From Felis catus (lineage: Eukaryota), in assembly GCF_018350175.1 (NCBI RefSeq), contig NC_058368.1:146074001-146138000 (forward strand): 64,000 nt of DNA. Reading direction: 5' to 3'. Below, in pieces: positions 12,419 through 23,852 of this stretch (within the stretch, counting starts at the first letter, position 1; every line of letters begins with the position of its first letter). The notes under the pieces are model-generated. The model searched no databases and had not been told where the DNA came from. It saw nothing but the letters and a program-made list of their open reading frames with translations. The position numbers were made by a program, and so were the translations under genes.

Positions 12419-13399
12419 GAGAGCAGAGATTTTAAATGGTGTTCCTGATTTCCCTGGAAATGCACTTACAACTGGGGGAAAAGCTGGATTGATCTCCCAG
12501 GCTTGAGTTCTTTCTCTTCCATTACTTAGCCCCACACAATTTTTTTCACATCAGTACTTTATTCTGTTAGTAAAGCTATATCTAACAGCAGCACCAAATG
12601 CCTGAAGTTGGTTAATATGCTGTGGGGGACAGGAGAATCTTCAAGGGATGTTGCTTGTGGCTTTTCTACTCAGTGCTACTTCTCTTTTTTCCCCTTTTGT
12701 TTTCTGTCTTGCACACATAGGTATAAGGGTTCTTTTTGACACTTACCATATTGTGAGGTTATTCCTCTCTGTTTCACAGCTAATCTTGCAGCTGTTCTAA
12801 GAATAAGGATTCAAAAGGATTTGTAGAGTGATCGGGAAGACTTAGAAATCAGTAAAGAAAAATCAGCGTGAATTCTCAACAAATTATATGTTATGGTCAA
12901 GATGCCCAGTTGTAAAGTGAAGGGTCTTCCTTTAAGACAAGTTTCCCCCCTCTCTTTTCAAGGTGTGTATGCAGGGCAACAGTGCATTCTATTTTAGAGT
13001 CACTTATACCCAGAAATGATATTCTGCTGGGGCACAGCAGCACAGGCTGGAACAGGAGTTACGGTACTGCAGTTCTTCTGTAATAATCACTAAGGAGCCA
13101 CGGCCTCAAGCCCCCAAATGTCCTTCTTGCCACCCTCCCTCTCCTGGCCTCTGTTCTGCAACCCTTCAGGGCAGTGCAGCAACTCTGAGGGGGCCTTGCA
13201 CAACCCCATCTGGTGTGTTTTGAACCTGCCTTACACAATTGATAAGTTTTCCTCAAAGAGACAAAGAGAGGAAAACAAAATGTTTGGCAAACAAAATGAA
13301 GGCAAGTCAATCCTTTCTCTTTGATGACGAATGATGAAACCAAAACTATTATTATTTTTTATTAGTATGTGCCATTTAAAGACCTCTCTTGAAGTGTCC

Positions 13400-13640
13400 T
13401 GGTGGTACAATGAGAAGACCACTGAACTTCATGACACAATAGCTGTACTCCAGTCCCTACCCTGCCACCTGACACCTAGGTGAGCTTGGGAAGGTGCTTA
13501 ATTTCTCAAAGCCTCCATTTCCTCATTGATAGAAGCAATAATGGTTCCTACTTCAGAGTTATGAAAATAAAATGAAATAACAAAAAGCATCCAACTCTTT
13601 GCCTGGCACTTCATTAATGTTCAATAAATTCTCATTGAAT
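13400..13640 (+). mobile_element. MIR SINE
   Basis: gtgagcttgggaaggtgcttaatttctcaaagcctccatttcctcat core. Confidence 0.6.
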
Positions 13641-13679
13641 AAGAATTTGAGAAGCTAGAGAAAAACTGCTTGAAAAGAC

Positions 13680-13850
13680 TTTTTGTAACTTTTTACTGAG
13701 GTAAATGCATGCGGAAAAGATGCATGAATTGTTGGTGTTTACTTTGGTGCATTCTCACAGAGGGAATGTATGTAAATAGCACCCACATCTCAAAACAGAA
13801 CATCTTCCACACCCCAGGAGCACCTCCACCTCCTTCCAGTCACCCAGCCC
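13680..13850 (-). mobile_element. Old L1 (L1ME-like) 3' fragment
   Basis: ttttactgaggtaaat..aaacagaacatcttccacaccccagga. Confidence 0.45.
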
Positions 13851-14374
13851 CATGGGCCTCTCAATGCCAAACAGGGTATGATTCAGTGTGGAAACAGAAC
13901 ACTGCTCACACCCTGATGGGATTTAATGATGAAAAACAAACCAAAAGGGTTATGTGAGTTGCTCTCCAGGTTGAATAGAGAGCTGGTAATAGACTAAGTA
14001 GAGGCGAGTTAAAGATTAGTACAAAATCACCCCTTTGCTCTGCCAATCTGTGTTGATTTGCTAGTCTGCGAACAGTGCAGATTTAGAGATTATGGTCCCT
14101 GTCCTCTTGGACTTTTACAAAAGAATCAGTGTTACAAAATGGGAAAACTCACTGTCTGGGGATCAGTGAGCACTCTGGTTTCTCCTACTCTACTGGTGAG
14201 AGCTTGAACTGGAAGGGGTAGACTGGAGAAGGTCATGAATGCCACAAGCTAAGGATATTGTTGGGCAGTGTGGAACAAAGGTAACAAGGTAAAAATATTT
14301 TTATCATGGAGGATTAATTGAAGAACAGAGAGACTAGTCATAGGAAATCAATTCGAGGGCTTTGGGAAATAGGC

Positions 14375-14556
14375 TAAGCCATGGCACCTTAGAATCACTC
14401 AGAGAGCTTGTTAAACCACAGATTACTGGCTCATCCCTAGGGTTTCTGATTTAGTGGTTATCTAGGGCAGGATCAGAGAATCTAGATTTCTAGCAAGTTC
14501 CATGGTGCTGCTGTTGTGGCTGCTCTTGGTACCACACTTTGAGAATCACCGCTCTG
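14375..14556. mobile_element. MER5A-like hAT MITE
   Basis: ttagaatcactcagagagcttgttaaa..ccacactttgagaatcaccgctct. Confidence 0.75.
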
Positions 14557-14631
14557 AGCCAAAGGTTTTCAGCCTTCGTGACAATTAGATTCCTTTGGAG
14601 AGATTTTTTAAATTCCTGTGTCCACACTCCA

Positions 14632-15313
14632 CCTTCAGGTGTAGAACGTCGTGATTGGACACTTCCATACAGCACCCAGTGCTTATCACAACAAATGCAC
14701 TCCTTAATCCCCATCGCCCATTTAACCCATCCCCCCACCCACCTCCCCTCTGGTAACCATCAATTTGCTCTCTATAGTTAAGAGTCTGTTTCTTGGTTTG
14801 CCCCCTCTTTCTTCTTTCCTATGTTCCTTTGTTTTGTTTCTTAAACTCAACATGAGTGAAATCATATGGTATTTGTCTTTCTCTGAATTATACTGCCGAA
14901 CATAATATTCTCTAGCACCATCCATGTTGTAAATGGCAAGATTTCATCCTTTTGATGGCTGAGTAATATTCCATTTTATACAAAAACCACATCTTCTTTA
15001 TCCATTTATCAAGTCAATGAACATTTGGGCTCTTCTCATAATTTGGCTCCTGTTAGCAATGCTTCTGTAAACACAGGGGTGCATGTATCCCTTCAAATCT
15101 GTATTTTTGCATCCTTTGGGTAAATACCTAGTAGTGCAGTTGCTGAATTGTGGGGTAGTTCTATTTGTAACTTTTTGAGGAACCTCCATACTGTTTTCCA
15201 GGGTGGCTATACCAGTTCACATTCCTACCAACAGTGTAAGAGGGTTCCCCTTCTCTCCATCCTAGCCAACACCTATTGTTTCCTGTGTTGTTAATTTTAG
15301 CCATTCTATCTGG
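14632..15313 (-). mobile_element. Carnivore L1: ORF2 C-terminus plus 3' UTR, inserted in a MER5-like element
   Basis: Minus-strand fragments such as EKDKYHMISL; atacctagtagtgcagttgctg; flanking direct repeat ccacactcca. Confidence 0.9.
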
Positions 15314-15411
15314 CCACACTCCATGTCTAAAAAAGACTCTAGGGAAAAGCCTGGATATTGATATTTTCTGAGAGCAACTCTATTTTGTTAACCAAGTTTG
15401 AGAACCACTCA

Positions 15412-15604
15412 TCTAGATAGTGATCCTGAAATGTGGCTGTTTATCAGAATTACCCAAGGAGCTTATAATTCCTGGGCACCACTACAGCACATTTCGATGA
15501 GGAGATCTCAAGTGGGGTCCTGGCATTCGTATGTTTACTCATCACAGATTGGTCATTCTGATGCAGCAGGTTTCCGCACTGGCTTTTGGAAACTGCTAGC
15601 CTAG
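15412..15604. mobile_element. MER5-like hAT MITE
   Basis: atcagaattacccaaggagctt..attctgatgcagcagg..tttggaaactgct; ctag flanks. Confidence 0.55.
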
Positions 15605-17629
15605 AAAGAGAAGTGAAGACACAAATCCTGGAAACAAAGTAGGCAGTAGCAGAGTGGTCCTAGGATTTGCTGACTCATTAGATGGGCAGGCCAAGGGAAA
15701 GGGATGAAGCCTCAAGGGCAAAAATCTACTAAAAAGTCACAAGAAAGCCTTGTGTGGCAGTCAAGGTATTGCCATGGATAATTGCTGGTGACACATAGAG
15801 CTATAATGTGAGTGGATTATTTTCTTGCTGCCAACCTGCCGTGTGCAGACACCCCATCTTGTCAGACCCTGACAGTTAGTGGAGACTAATTAATGCAGAT
15901 GAAACCCCAGGAGTCTGTAACACAAGATAACAATTGTTAATTCCCAATAAGAAGTAATAAAGACCAAGGCAGCCAAGCACTTAAATCTCACTCCTGAGAA
16001 AATTACATGGGAAGTCAAATTATCATCAGAAAGTTGCTCGGTAGTCATGGAATCAAGAGCAGAGGGGTTAATTGTATGATTTAATGTACTTATGTTAAAT
16101 ATAGACTTTCCTATGTATCATTTGAACGTATTATTCCAATGTTTAGAGGCATCAGGTTGTGATAAGTGGGTACATCCTTCTCTAGAAGTAAATATTGACT
16201 GAGACTGTCCTTGACAGACAGTTCCAAATGGGCACAGCCAATATTGGCCCTGGTGACTGCCATGTTTATGCTCCATTATCAACAGAATTATTTCTAATCA
16301 ACCCATTATTTCTTTAGATATGTGAATACCCTCAGTCAGATGAGTCTCCTCTTGCTTACCCAAGGAACACTGTGTTTCTTGAGGTGATTTTATACATCTT
16401 TTGCCGGAGCAACTATGTATTTAATAGTTTAGCTCTCAGAGGACAATTCTGTTTTCCTTAATTATTCATTTCTGGGGAGGTTCCTCAATTTTACTATTGC
16501 CACATACAATTCATTTTTATTCTTTTGACAGTGGTTGGGCTCTTTTTATATATTAGAATTAGAGGCTAACATTTTAATTAAGAATTCTATTATGTTTTTA
16601 AAAAACCATAATTTACTTCCAGGATTAAAAGAGACCTAGTTAACCAAGAGCCTATGAAGCCTTTATACTCAAATCATGACGTCACAATGGTTGGGTCACT
16701 CTTCACCTACTAAAAACTCCCTCAAAGAGCAGGCAGACAACTGGAATTAGAAGGAAAAGAACCAAGCTTTCCAAGTATGCATGCCAACCTAAACCTGTAA
16801 AAGGATGGCAAGTGAATGTCCTGATGGTATTTTTGCTTCACAGTTACGTTGAAATGAAGTAGCTCTTTGTGAGAGCCCAGTGTAGAACAAAGCATTTTAT
16901 CATGCTTGATATAGATAACAAAAGAAATAAATCCAAACTACAGCATTTGGTTGACTTATCCAGGATGGGGGCAGAGGTAAGGGTGGTTGAATGAGTGTCA
17001 CACAGTAACATAAGGAGCAGCTTTTTACTGGAGAGGGGAGAAGGCGCAGGTGGGAATGGCCTGAATCTGCTTCCAATAGGAACAGACAGGATGTGTCTTC
17101 CCTGACCTCTTGCTACCCTCCTCTTTATGTCAGGCCTCCTGGGTGATTGTGCTCAGAATCTGATTTAAATCCAATTAAATCTGAGACTAGAGTAAATACA
17201 CATGTATATCATCCAGAAGATAGTATTAAAGGATTCTGCATTTAGGCCAGAGCAGCTGTATCTTTTCTATTTAAGTCTTATTCTTTTTCTTAGTATCTTT
17301 GGGGGGGAAATTTTGGCAGTAAATATTGGAGGTTTTCATTTCTTAAGAAAGCCAAGTGTCCCTCTTTTCTGGTCCTTCCCCCTTTTTGGTCTAGGCCAGA
17401 CTTAATGTCTTAAAATACAATCTGATCAGGTCTCTCTCCTTCCAGGGGCTCCCTGTCACCCACACAGTGTCCAAGGGGAGCTCACATTCCCTGTATGGTC
17501 TGGTCCCAGATATTCTATCAAATCCTTACTCTTGCAGTTTCGTAACTCAGAGCAAAGCACCTGCATGTTTTATGGGCCAAATGCCTGCACAAGGATGGGA
17601 CTTGTTTATTTTGCCAAAGATTGGAAATT

Positions 17630-17850
17630 ATACAGATTCTGGAGTAAAACTGCCCAATCCACATTTTGGCTCTGATACTTTGTTAGTGGAATGACCTTAG
17701 GCAAAGTACTTCACCTTTCTGTGCCTCAGTTTTCTGTGCTCTAGAGCAGATTGATATCTATCTCAAATGATTATTGTGAAGATTAAATAAGTTAACATGT
17801 GTAAAATACCCAGTACAGTGCCTAGCACATAGGAAGTGCTCACTACTGAC
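17630..17850 (+). mobile_element. MIR SINE
   Basis: tgaccttaggcaaagtacttcacctttctgtgcctcagttttct..acagtgcctagcacatagg. Confidence 0.8.
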
Positions 17851-18409
17851 TTCTACTTACCCTACACAGCTAAGCCTAAACATCGTTTCCTGTGGAAAGT
17901 CTTGTCTGAAAAGCCTCAACTCCCCTGTGCAGGAGAGTTGATTTATTTAATTTCCCATTGTGCCTTATATATCTCCTGTCATTGCATTTATCCCCCCTCA
18001 ACCCTCAATCCACATTGTCCCACACCACAGTGTGCATTCTCATTATGTGTATTTGTGTGTGACTGATCCTCAACTAGCCTGTGAGTTTGTAAGCTGCTAA
18101 CTGTCTTCTACTCCCCACTGGGCAGCACAATAACCAGTATGTGGTAGATGTTTTGTGAATGTTCATTGAAAGCATAAAGAACCGTGTTTCTGAGATATAG
18201 GAACCTATAAACATTCTTTCATTAGCATTCAGCACTTCCTAGGAAGGAGATGGTTGAGGGCTACTCCATTAAGGGCAAGACTTTACAGTACTTGCGTCCC
18301 CCTTGGAAAGTAAATTATAAAGTTAATCAGGTATTACAAGACTTTAGTTAGTTTTTTACAACATTTTCATACTTCATAGACATAGATGAGAAATGTATTG
18401 ATCAATCGA

Positions 18410-18585
18410 GGACTCAACTTGGAGTGTAACCAACCTGAGAACTAGCGAGGTGACCTTGGGGAAGCCACTTAACCTGAATATCATCTAATTAGTAAGCTGG
18501 AGCAGTGATGGACTATCTGTACTGCCTACCTCAGGGGAGTGTTAGGAAATGACAGAGTATGTTTGTGGACGCTGTGTAAATTGAC
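18410..18585 (+). mobile_element. MIR SINE
   Basis: gtgaccttggggaagccacttaacct..cctacctcagggg. Confidence 0.55.
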
Positions 18586-18593
18586 GAATATAG

Positions 18594-18822
18594 GGCAGTT
18601 CTCAACAAGAGGTAATTTTGCTCTACTTTCTCTCCCACCCCACCCCAGGGGATATTTGACAATGTGTGGAGACATTTCTGGTTGTTAGAGCTGAGGGGAT
18701 ATTACTGGTAGAGGCCAAGGATGCTGGTAAAAAATCTACAGTGCACAGGACAGTCCTCAGCTCCCACAACAAAGAATTATCAGGCCCAAAATGTCACTAG
18801 AGCTAAAGTTGAGAAATCCCAA
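18594..18822 (+). mobile_element. MER20 hAT-Charlie element
   Basis: gttctcaac..ggagacatttctggttgt..agaggccaaggatgctg..cacaacaaagaattatc..gttgagaaa. Confidence 0.85.
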
Positions 18823-19009
18823 TAAGATGTACCGTGACATTTCTTAACATTCAGTTCTGTTAATATTTATTCTTGCAATCTTATTGAACAAAACAAAGGA
18901 TGGCAATAATACTTATGTTTTACAAAGTATAATTTGGAAACTCATGTGGATGTATTGAATATTAGCTTTTCAACATACCATTTTCTGCCACCTTAGCAAA
19001 CTAGTTGCT

Positions 19010-19160
19010 ATTATTGAGCCAGGTGCTATTCCAAGCCCTTTACCTGTATTAATCCATTTAATCCTCACAACAACCCTATGAGGTAAGTACTTTATTCACC
19101 CTAGTTTACAGATGAGGAAACTGAGGTAAAATAACAAAGCTGGGTTTGAACTCAGTCTTG
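19010..19160 (-). mobile_element. MIR SINE
   Basis: tttaatcctcacaacaaccctatgaggtaag..tttacagatgaggaaactgagg. Confidence 0.85.
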
Positions 19161-19469
19161 CTCTAGACATTGTGCAAAGAGCTGGCTAAGACTAAGTCTC
19201 TTCATGTTCAGTCCTCCACTAGGAGTTAACTGACTTCCTGCTTTAAATATTGTTTTTAAGCTTGTTTGATTTCCTTTCATTGCTACCTTTGGCAGAGAAA
19301 TGACTGGTTCGTTGGGTCTTCTTAACAGAGGACCTACTGAGTCTAAGGTATTGGGTTGACTGGAGAGGAAAACAGCAACAGCTCGGAGAAGGGCAGAAGA
19401 AAATAAACCTCTCAAGAATCTGGGGTTTAAGCCTGGTAATCTATGTAAAAGTACTTTGCAAATTGCAAG

Positions 19470-19660
19470 GCAGTGGCTTTAAAACTATAATATATTCAAA
19501 ATTACCAGGGGAGCTTGTTAAAAATGCTGATTTCCCAGCATTACTCTAAGAGCTTCTGATTCAGCAAGTCTGGGAGGTTCCCGGGGAGCTGCCTTTTTAA
19601 CAAGCTCCCAGGTGAGCTGGATGCAGGTGGTCCAAGTATACACCTTGAGAAACACTCTTG
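19470..19660. mobile_element. MER5A-like hAT MITE
   Basis: ggggagcttgttaaaaatgc..tctgattcagcaagtctggg..ttttaacaagctcccaggtga. Confidence 0.8.
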
Positions 19661-20479
19661 TACACCGGCTGATGGGGCGGGGCGGGGGGGGGGGAGGGGG
19701 ATGGTACAGGGACAAGAGCTAGCTAATCCCAGAAGAAGATTTGGGTTTGCCTGCACATTAATTCAAACCACCTGGGTGAGAGGTTAGTTGTGCTATTCTT
19801 GTTCCGTTTACTTGTTAGTCTTAGGTCCAGGAGCTTGATTGAGAGGCAGGGATGGGGAGGATGGAAAGGAGCGGGGCAATTATGCACATTTCCAGGGAAG
19901 TGAAGGTTTCTCTGTGCAAGGTGAAGGAGCTGTCACTGGAGCCCCTTCTTCCTGCAGTGTCCCCCTAATTGGCTGTTGTAGCTATCATTCTGCCCTAAGG
20001 GAGTTTAGTAGAAACAAGGAGAAAGAAGAAAAGGCATAACTTGGAGCAGGAACAAAAGGGAAGTGGGGCTCATTTCCACCCTCAAGGAGAGAAGCCCTGA
20101 TTGGTCCCATTCCCCAGGGTCCTCCCTCACACCATTTCTACGACCTTTTCCCTCCTTTTTCTTTTCTCCCTCCCAGGGCCCAATAAACACAGGTTGTCTG
20201 GACAAACAGAGCTTTGTAATTATCTGGGGGAAATTCTGATGGCCCAGAATTCTGCCTTAAAGTAATGCTGTGCTGTTGCAAAGTGCTGATGTCCGTAACC
20301 TTCTTGCTGAATCTCATTGTCTTCGTGGTGAACACCAGGCAGAGGCTCTTATACTCTGAGCATCTTTCCAAGAGATCAATTGAATTATTTTGATTTAAAT
20401 ATCTGAGCATTATATGACATGCATTAACAATATAGGCAACTTACCTTTCACTGAACTAAGTAATTTAAAGTCATTTGAG

Positions 20480-20720
20480 CAATATAGTGTAGCATGGTGA
20501 TTAAGACTGCCTGGCTTCAGTCCTAGCCCTGCAAATCACTAGCTGTGTGACCTTGAGGGTTATTTTACCTCTGTAAGCTGCAGTTACTAATCTATTAAAT
20601 TGAGATAATAATAGGACCTTGCTCCCAGCACACACACAAAAACACATACACACAACTCTTCAGTGTATTGCTGTGACCACCAGATAAGGCGATTTATGTG
20701 AAATATTTTGCCTCATTTAC
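20480..20720 (+). mobile_element. MIR SINE
   Basis: agactgcctggcttcagtcctagcc..actagctgtgtgaccttg. Confidence 0.6.
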
Positions 20721-20789
20721 AACAAACCAGCAATAATGTTTGACTCTATTGTTTTAAACCTTTTATTTTTCTTCTGGTCTTAATATTTG

Positions 20790-21021
20790 ATTTTTTAGGT
20801 TTATTTATTTATTTTGAGAGAGAGAGACTCACAGAGAGAGAGAGACAGAGAGTGAGCACGAGCAGGGGAGGGGCAGAGAGAGGGAGAGAGAGAACTCCAA
20901 GCGGCCTCCGAACTGTCAGTGCACACCCCAACATGGGACTCAAACTCACAAACTGTGAGATCATGACCTGAACTGAAATCAAGAGTTGCAAGCTTAACCG
21001 ACTGAACCACCCAGGTGCTCC
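20790..21021 (-). mobile_element. Can-SINE
   Basis: Antisense tail, (GA)n, gagatcatgacctgaactgaa..ccacccaggtgctcc. Confidence 0.92.
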
Positions 21022-21940
21022 ATTGTTTGATATTTTAAACTTAGTATCTGGATAAAAATTACCAGAAAAATACAAGGAAAAGAGAAACAATGAAAAAAGT
21101 ATTTCCGCTCTATTTGCATTGCATTTCAAATACTGATAACACACTGTGAGCAGAACAGATGAATTCCATCCAGAGGGAAGTACACATAACTTAAGAGGCA
21201 GACATAGAACAAGATTAATCACTCAGTTGCTTACCACACACACTGTGAGATATTGAATGTGAATTCGAAGTTTCTTACCAATAGCTTGTCCTCCATTTCT
21301 TGAGTGGTCTTATATTTCCAGACTGCAAACAAATGATTATATATGTGAAAAAAATATGTAATAGGCTAGAGCACAATTTCAACTGAGCCAGAACACCAGG
21401 GGCTCTGGAGTTCTGGTCTGTTCGCTTAGAGCCCTCCGCACAGGGAAATCTTGAGTGTAGTGTTGCTGACAGCCATCTCATTCACATGCAGGTTCCTCCT
21501 GGGTATAGCTCTGAGAGCAACAGCCCCCAGTCAGTGCAGGTTACTAAGCAACTCATCTCCCACTGAGGTATGCAAGGGAAGAAAGTCTTGATTTTAAAAA
21601 CAAAAGAAAACCAAAAAGCCCTGCAGAGCAGAGCTAATAATACAACCTGCTCTTTAAGTAAATTAACCCTCAAGCTAGTTTACCTTTACCAGAGGCACAC
21701 CCTCCTGGAAATTGTGTTAGAAAGCATGCTACGATTGTATAAATTAGCTTCAAGCAATGTTTTTAATTAATGCTAATAAATTTTATGTTACACTGGAACT
21801 TCATATAGTGAATCTTATTGTGGGTATTATCTCATTTGGGTGCCTGAATGGAAGCTATTTGTCATTTGAATAACAGTTTTAGCAATAAGCCACTTTTTAG
21901 TTTTGGATTTACAATGACTTTATTATTTTTCACATTATCT

Positions 21941-22161
21941 TTTTTTTTATTTTTTTTTCAACAGTTATTTATTTTTGGGACAGAGAGAGACAGAGCATGA
22001 ACGGGGGAGGGGCAGAGAGAGAGGGAGACACAGAATCAGAAACAGGCTCCAGGCTCTGAGCCATCAGCCCAGAGCCTGATGCGGGGCTCGAACTCACGGA
22101 CCGCGAGATCGTGACCTGGCTGAAGTCGGACGCTTAACCGACTGCGCCACCCAGGCGCCCC
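21941..22161 (-). mobile_element. Young felid Can-SINE
   Basis: CpG-intact; TSD tcacattatct at 21930 and 22162. Confidence 0.95.
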
Positions 22162-22281
22162 TCACATTATCTAAGTCACACATACATATGACAAAAATTA
22201 ATTTTGAAGTAGTTAATGCAGAGATGATAACAAAGAATAGTTGTCTGGATCATTAGACCTTATTTTAAGAATTCCAATATA

Positions 22282-22439
22282 GGGGCACCTGGGTGGCTCA
22301 GTTGGTTAAGTATCCGACTTTAGCTCAGGTCATGATCTCAGAGTTCATGGGTTCGAGCCCCACATTGGGCTCTGTGCTGACAGCTCAGAGCCTGGAGCCT
22401 GCTTTGCATTTTGTGTCTCCCTCTTCCGCTCATGCTTTG

Positions 22440-22480
<41 letters not shown>

Positions 22481-22557
22481 AATAGATAATTAAATATTTT
22501 TATTTATAAATAAATAAATAAAATAAATAAATATATAAATAAAATTAAAAAAAAAAA
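22282..22557 (+). mobile_element. Can-SINE
   Basis: ggggcacctgggtggctcag head, (CT)n, long AT tail; TSD aagaattccaa. Confidence 0.93.
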
Positions 22558-23679
22558 GAATTCCAAATAGATTTGTATGTGCTTGGGTGTTCCCTACATA
22601 TCCCCTTAGGATGACGCAATGAAACATTTTCTTGTTCTAATTCTTACTTTGATTAGCATTTATGAAGTATTGGTTTGTGCAGAGCACTGCACTAGACACC
22701 AGAGGGAGGGAGGTGAGGGGGGGAAGCGAAGATGATGTACGGAGAAATGACACAAGGCCCAACCACTCAAGAAGTATCCTTATTTTATGGAAGAGATAGA
22801 CTTGCACATAGATAATGCAAGAGGTGATGGCAAGAGGAACAAAGAAGTTTTCCATTATGTCATAGTTCTGAAAATCACTAACTCCAATTGCCAAGTTAGA
22901 GCATCACTATTGTAACCTTTACTGGGATAGGGCAGGAGAGCAGTCAGAGGGAGTGTTAGAGAATTAGAACTCCCAAATAGAAACAAACATGGGTCTGACA
23001 GCACACTATATCTTTTAACCTTTTTCACACCACCGTATACATATAAAGAAAACCATTTCCTTTTTATGATACATTGAAATAAAAGCACTTCTGCTGGAGG
23101 GGAATGAAGTTCCAATGACCCGGCTTTTGTCTAGCTGTTTCCAAGCACACCTGTAGCCCAACATACTTACTTGGAGGCCCTGCTTATCTGAGACCTGCTG
23201 TTTACATGGTTTAGTCCACTGGGGAGCCAAAATCTTCAGTAAAATATAAAGCAGTGTTGCCCCTACACCACTAACTGTGGTGTGTATGATGTGGCATGCT
23301 TAGCGAGGCAAACTGAGCTGGGATGGAACCCCAGGCTGAACACTCACTAGTTTATATGACCTTGAGCAAGTTAGCTCCCTTCTCGAAATGCAGGAAAATA
23401 ACAGGCAGTGCCCTCACAAGTCATGCTGGGGCTTGAAACAAAAGGAAAGACGGATAGTCGTATATACACTCATCAAAATACTCTCCCCTATTTTGAATCA
23501 AGTGGGAAAAATGAATGGAAGCTCTCCAGTGGAAAAAAATGGCCATTTATAAAGCTCTGTATTGCCCAATCTGTTCACACACCATTATCAATCTTAATAA
23601 ACTGGCTGCTGGGGGATGTGCTGATTGGAAATGACTGTTTCTGTTGCACAATAATGCAGGGTTGTAAAACACAGAGTCC

Positions 23680-23852
23680 ATTTTTTATTTAAAATTCTGT
23701 TTTATTCTTCTGGGATTTTTCCATTAATTCTGATTAAAAAAAATATTATGTTAAAATGTTGCTTTTGTTGAGTACGGAGTTTTTTGATGCCCCCTTCAAT
23801 TTTGCTCCTGTGGTGAGGGTATCACTTGTCTCACCCTAGTGTTGTCCCTGAA
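23680..23852. mobile_element. MER96/MER91-like hAT element end
   Basis: gcccccttcaattttgctcctgtggtgagggtatcacttgtctcaccctag. Confidence 0.45.
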
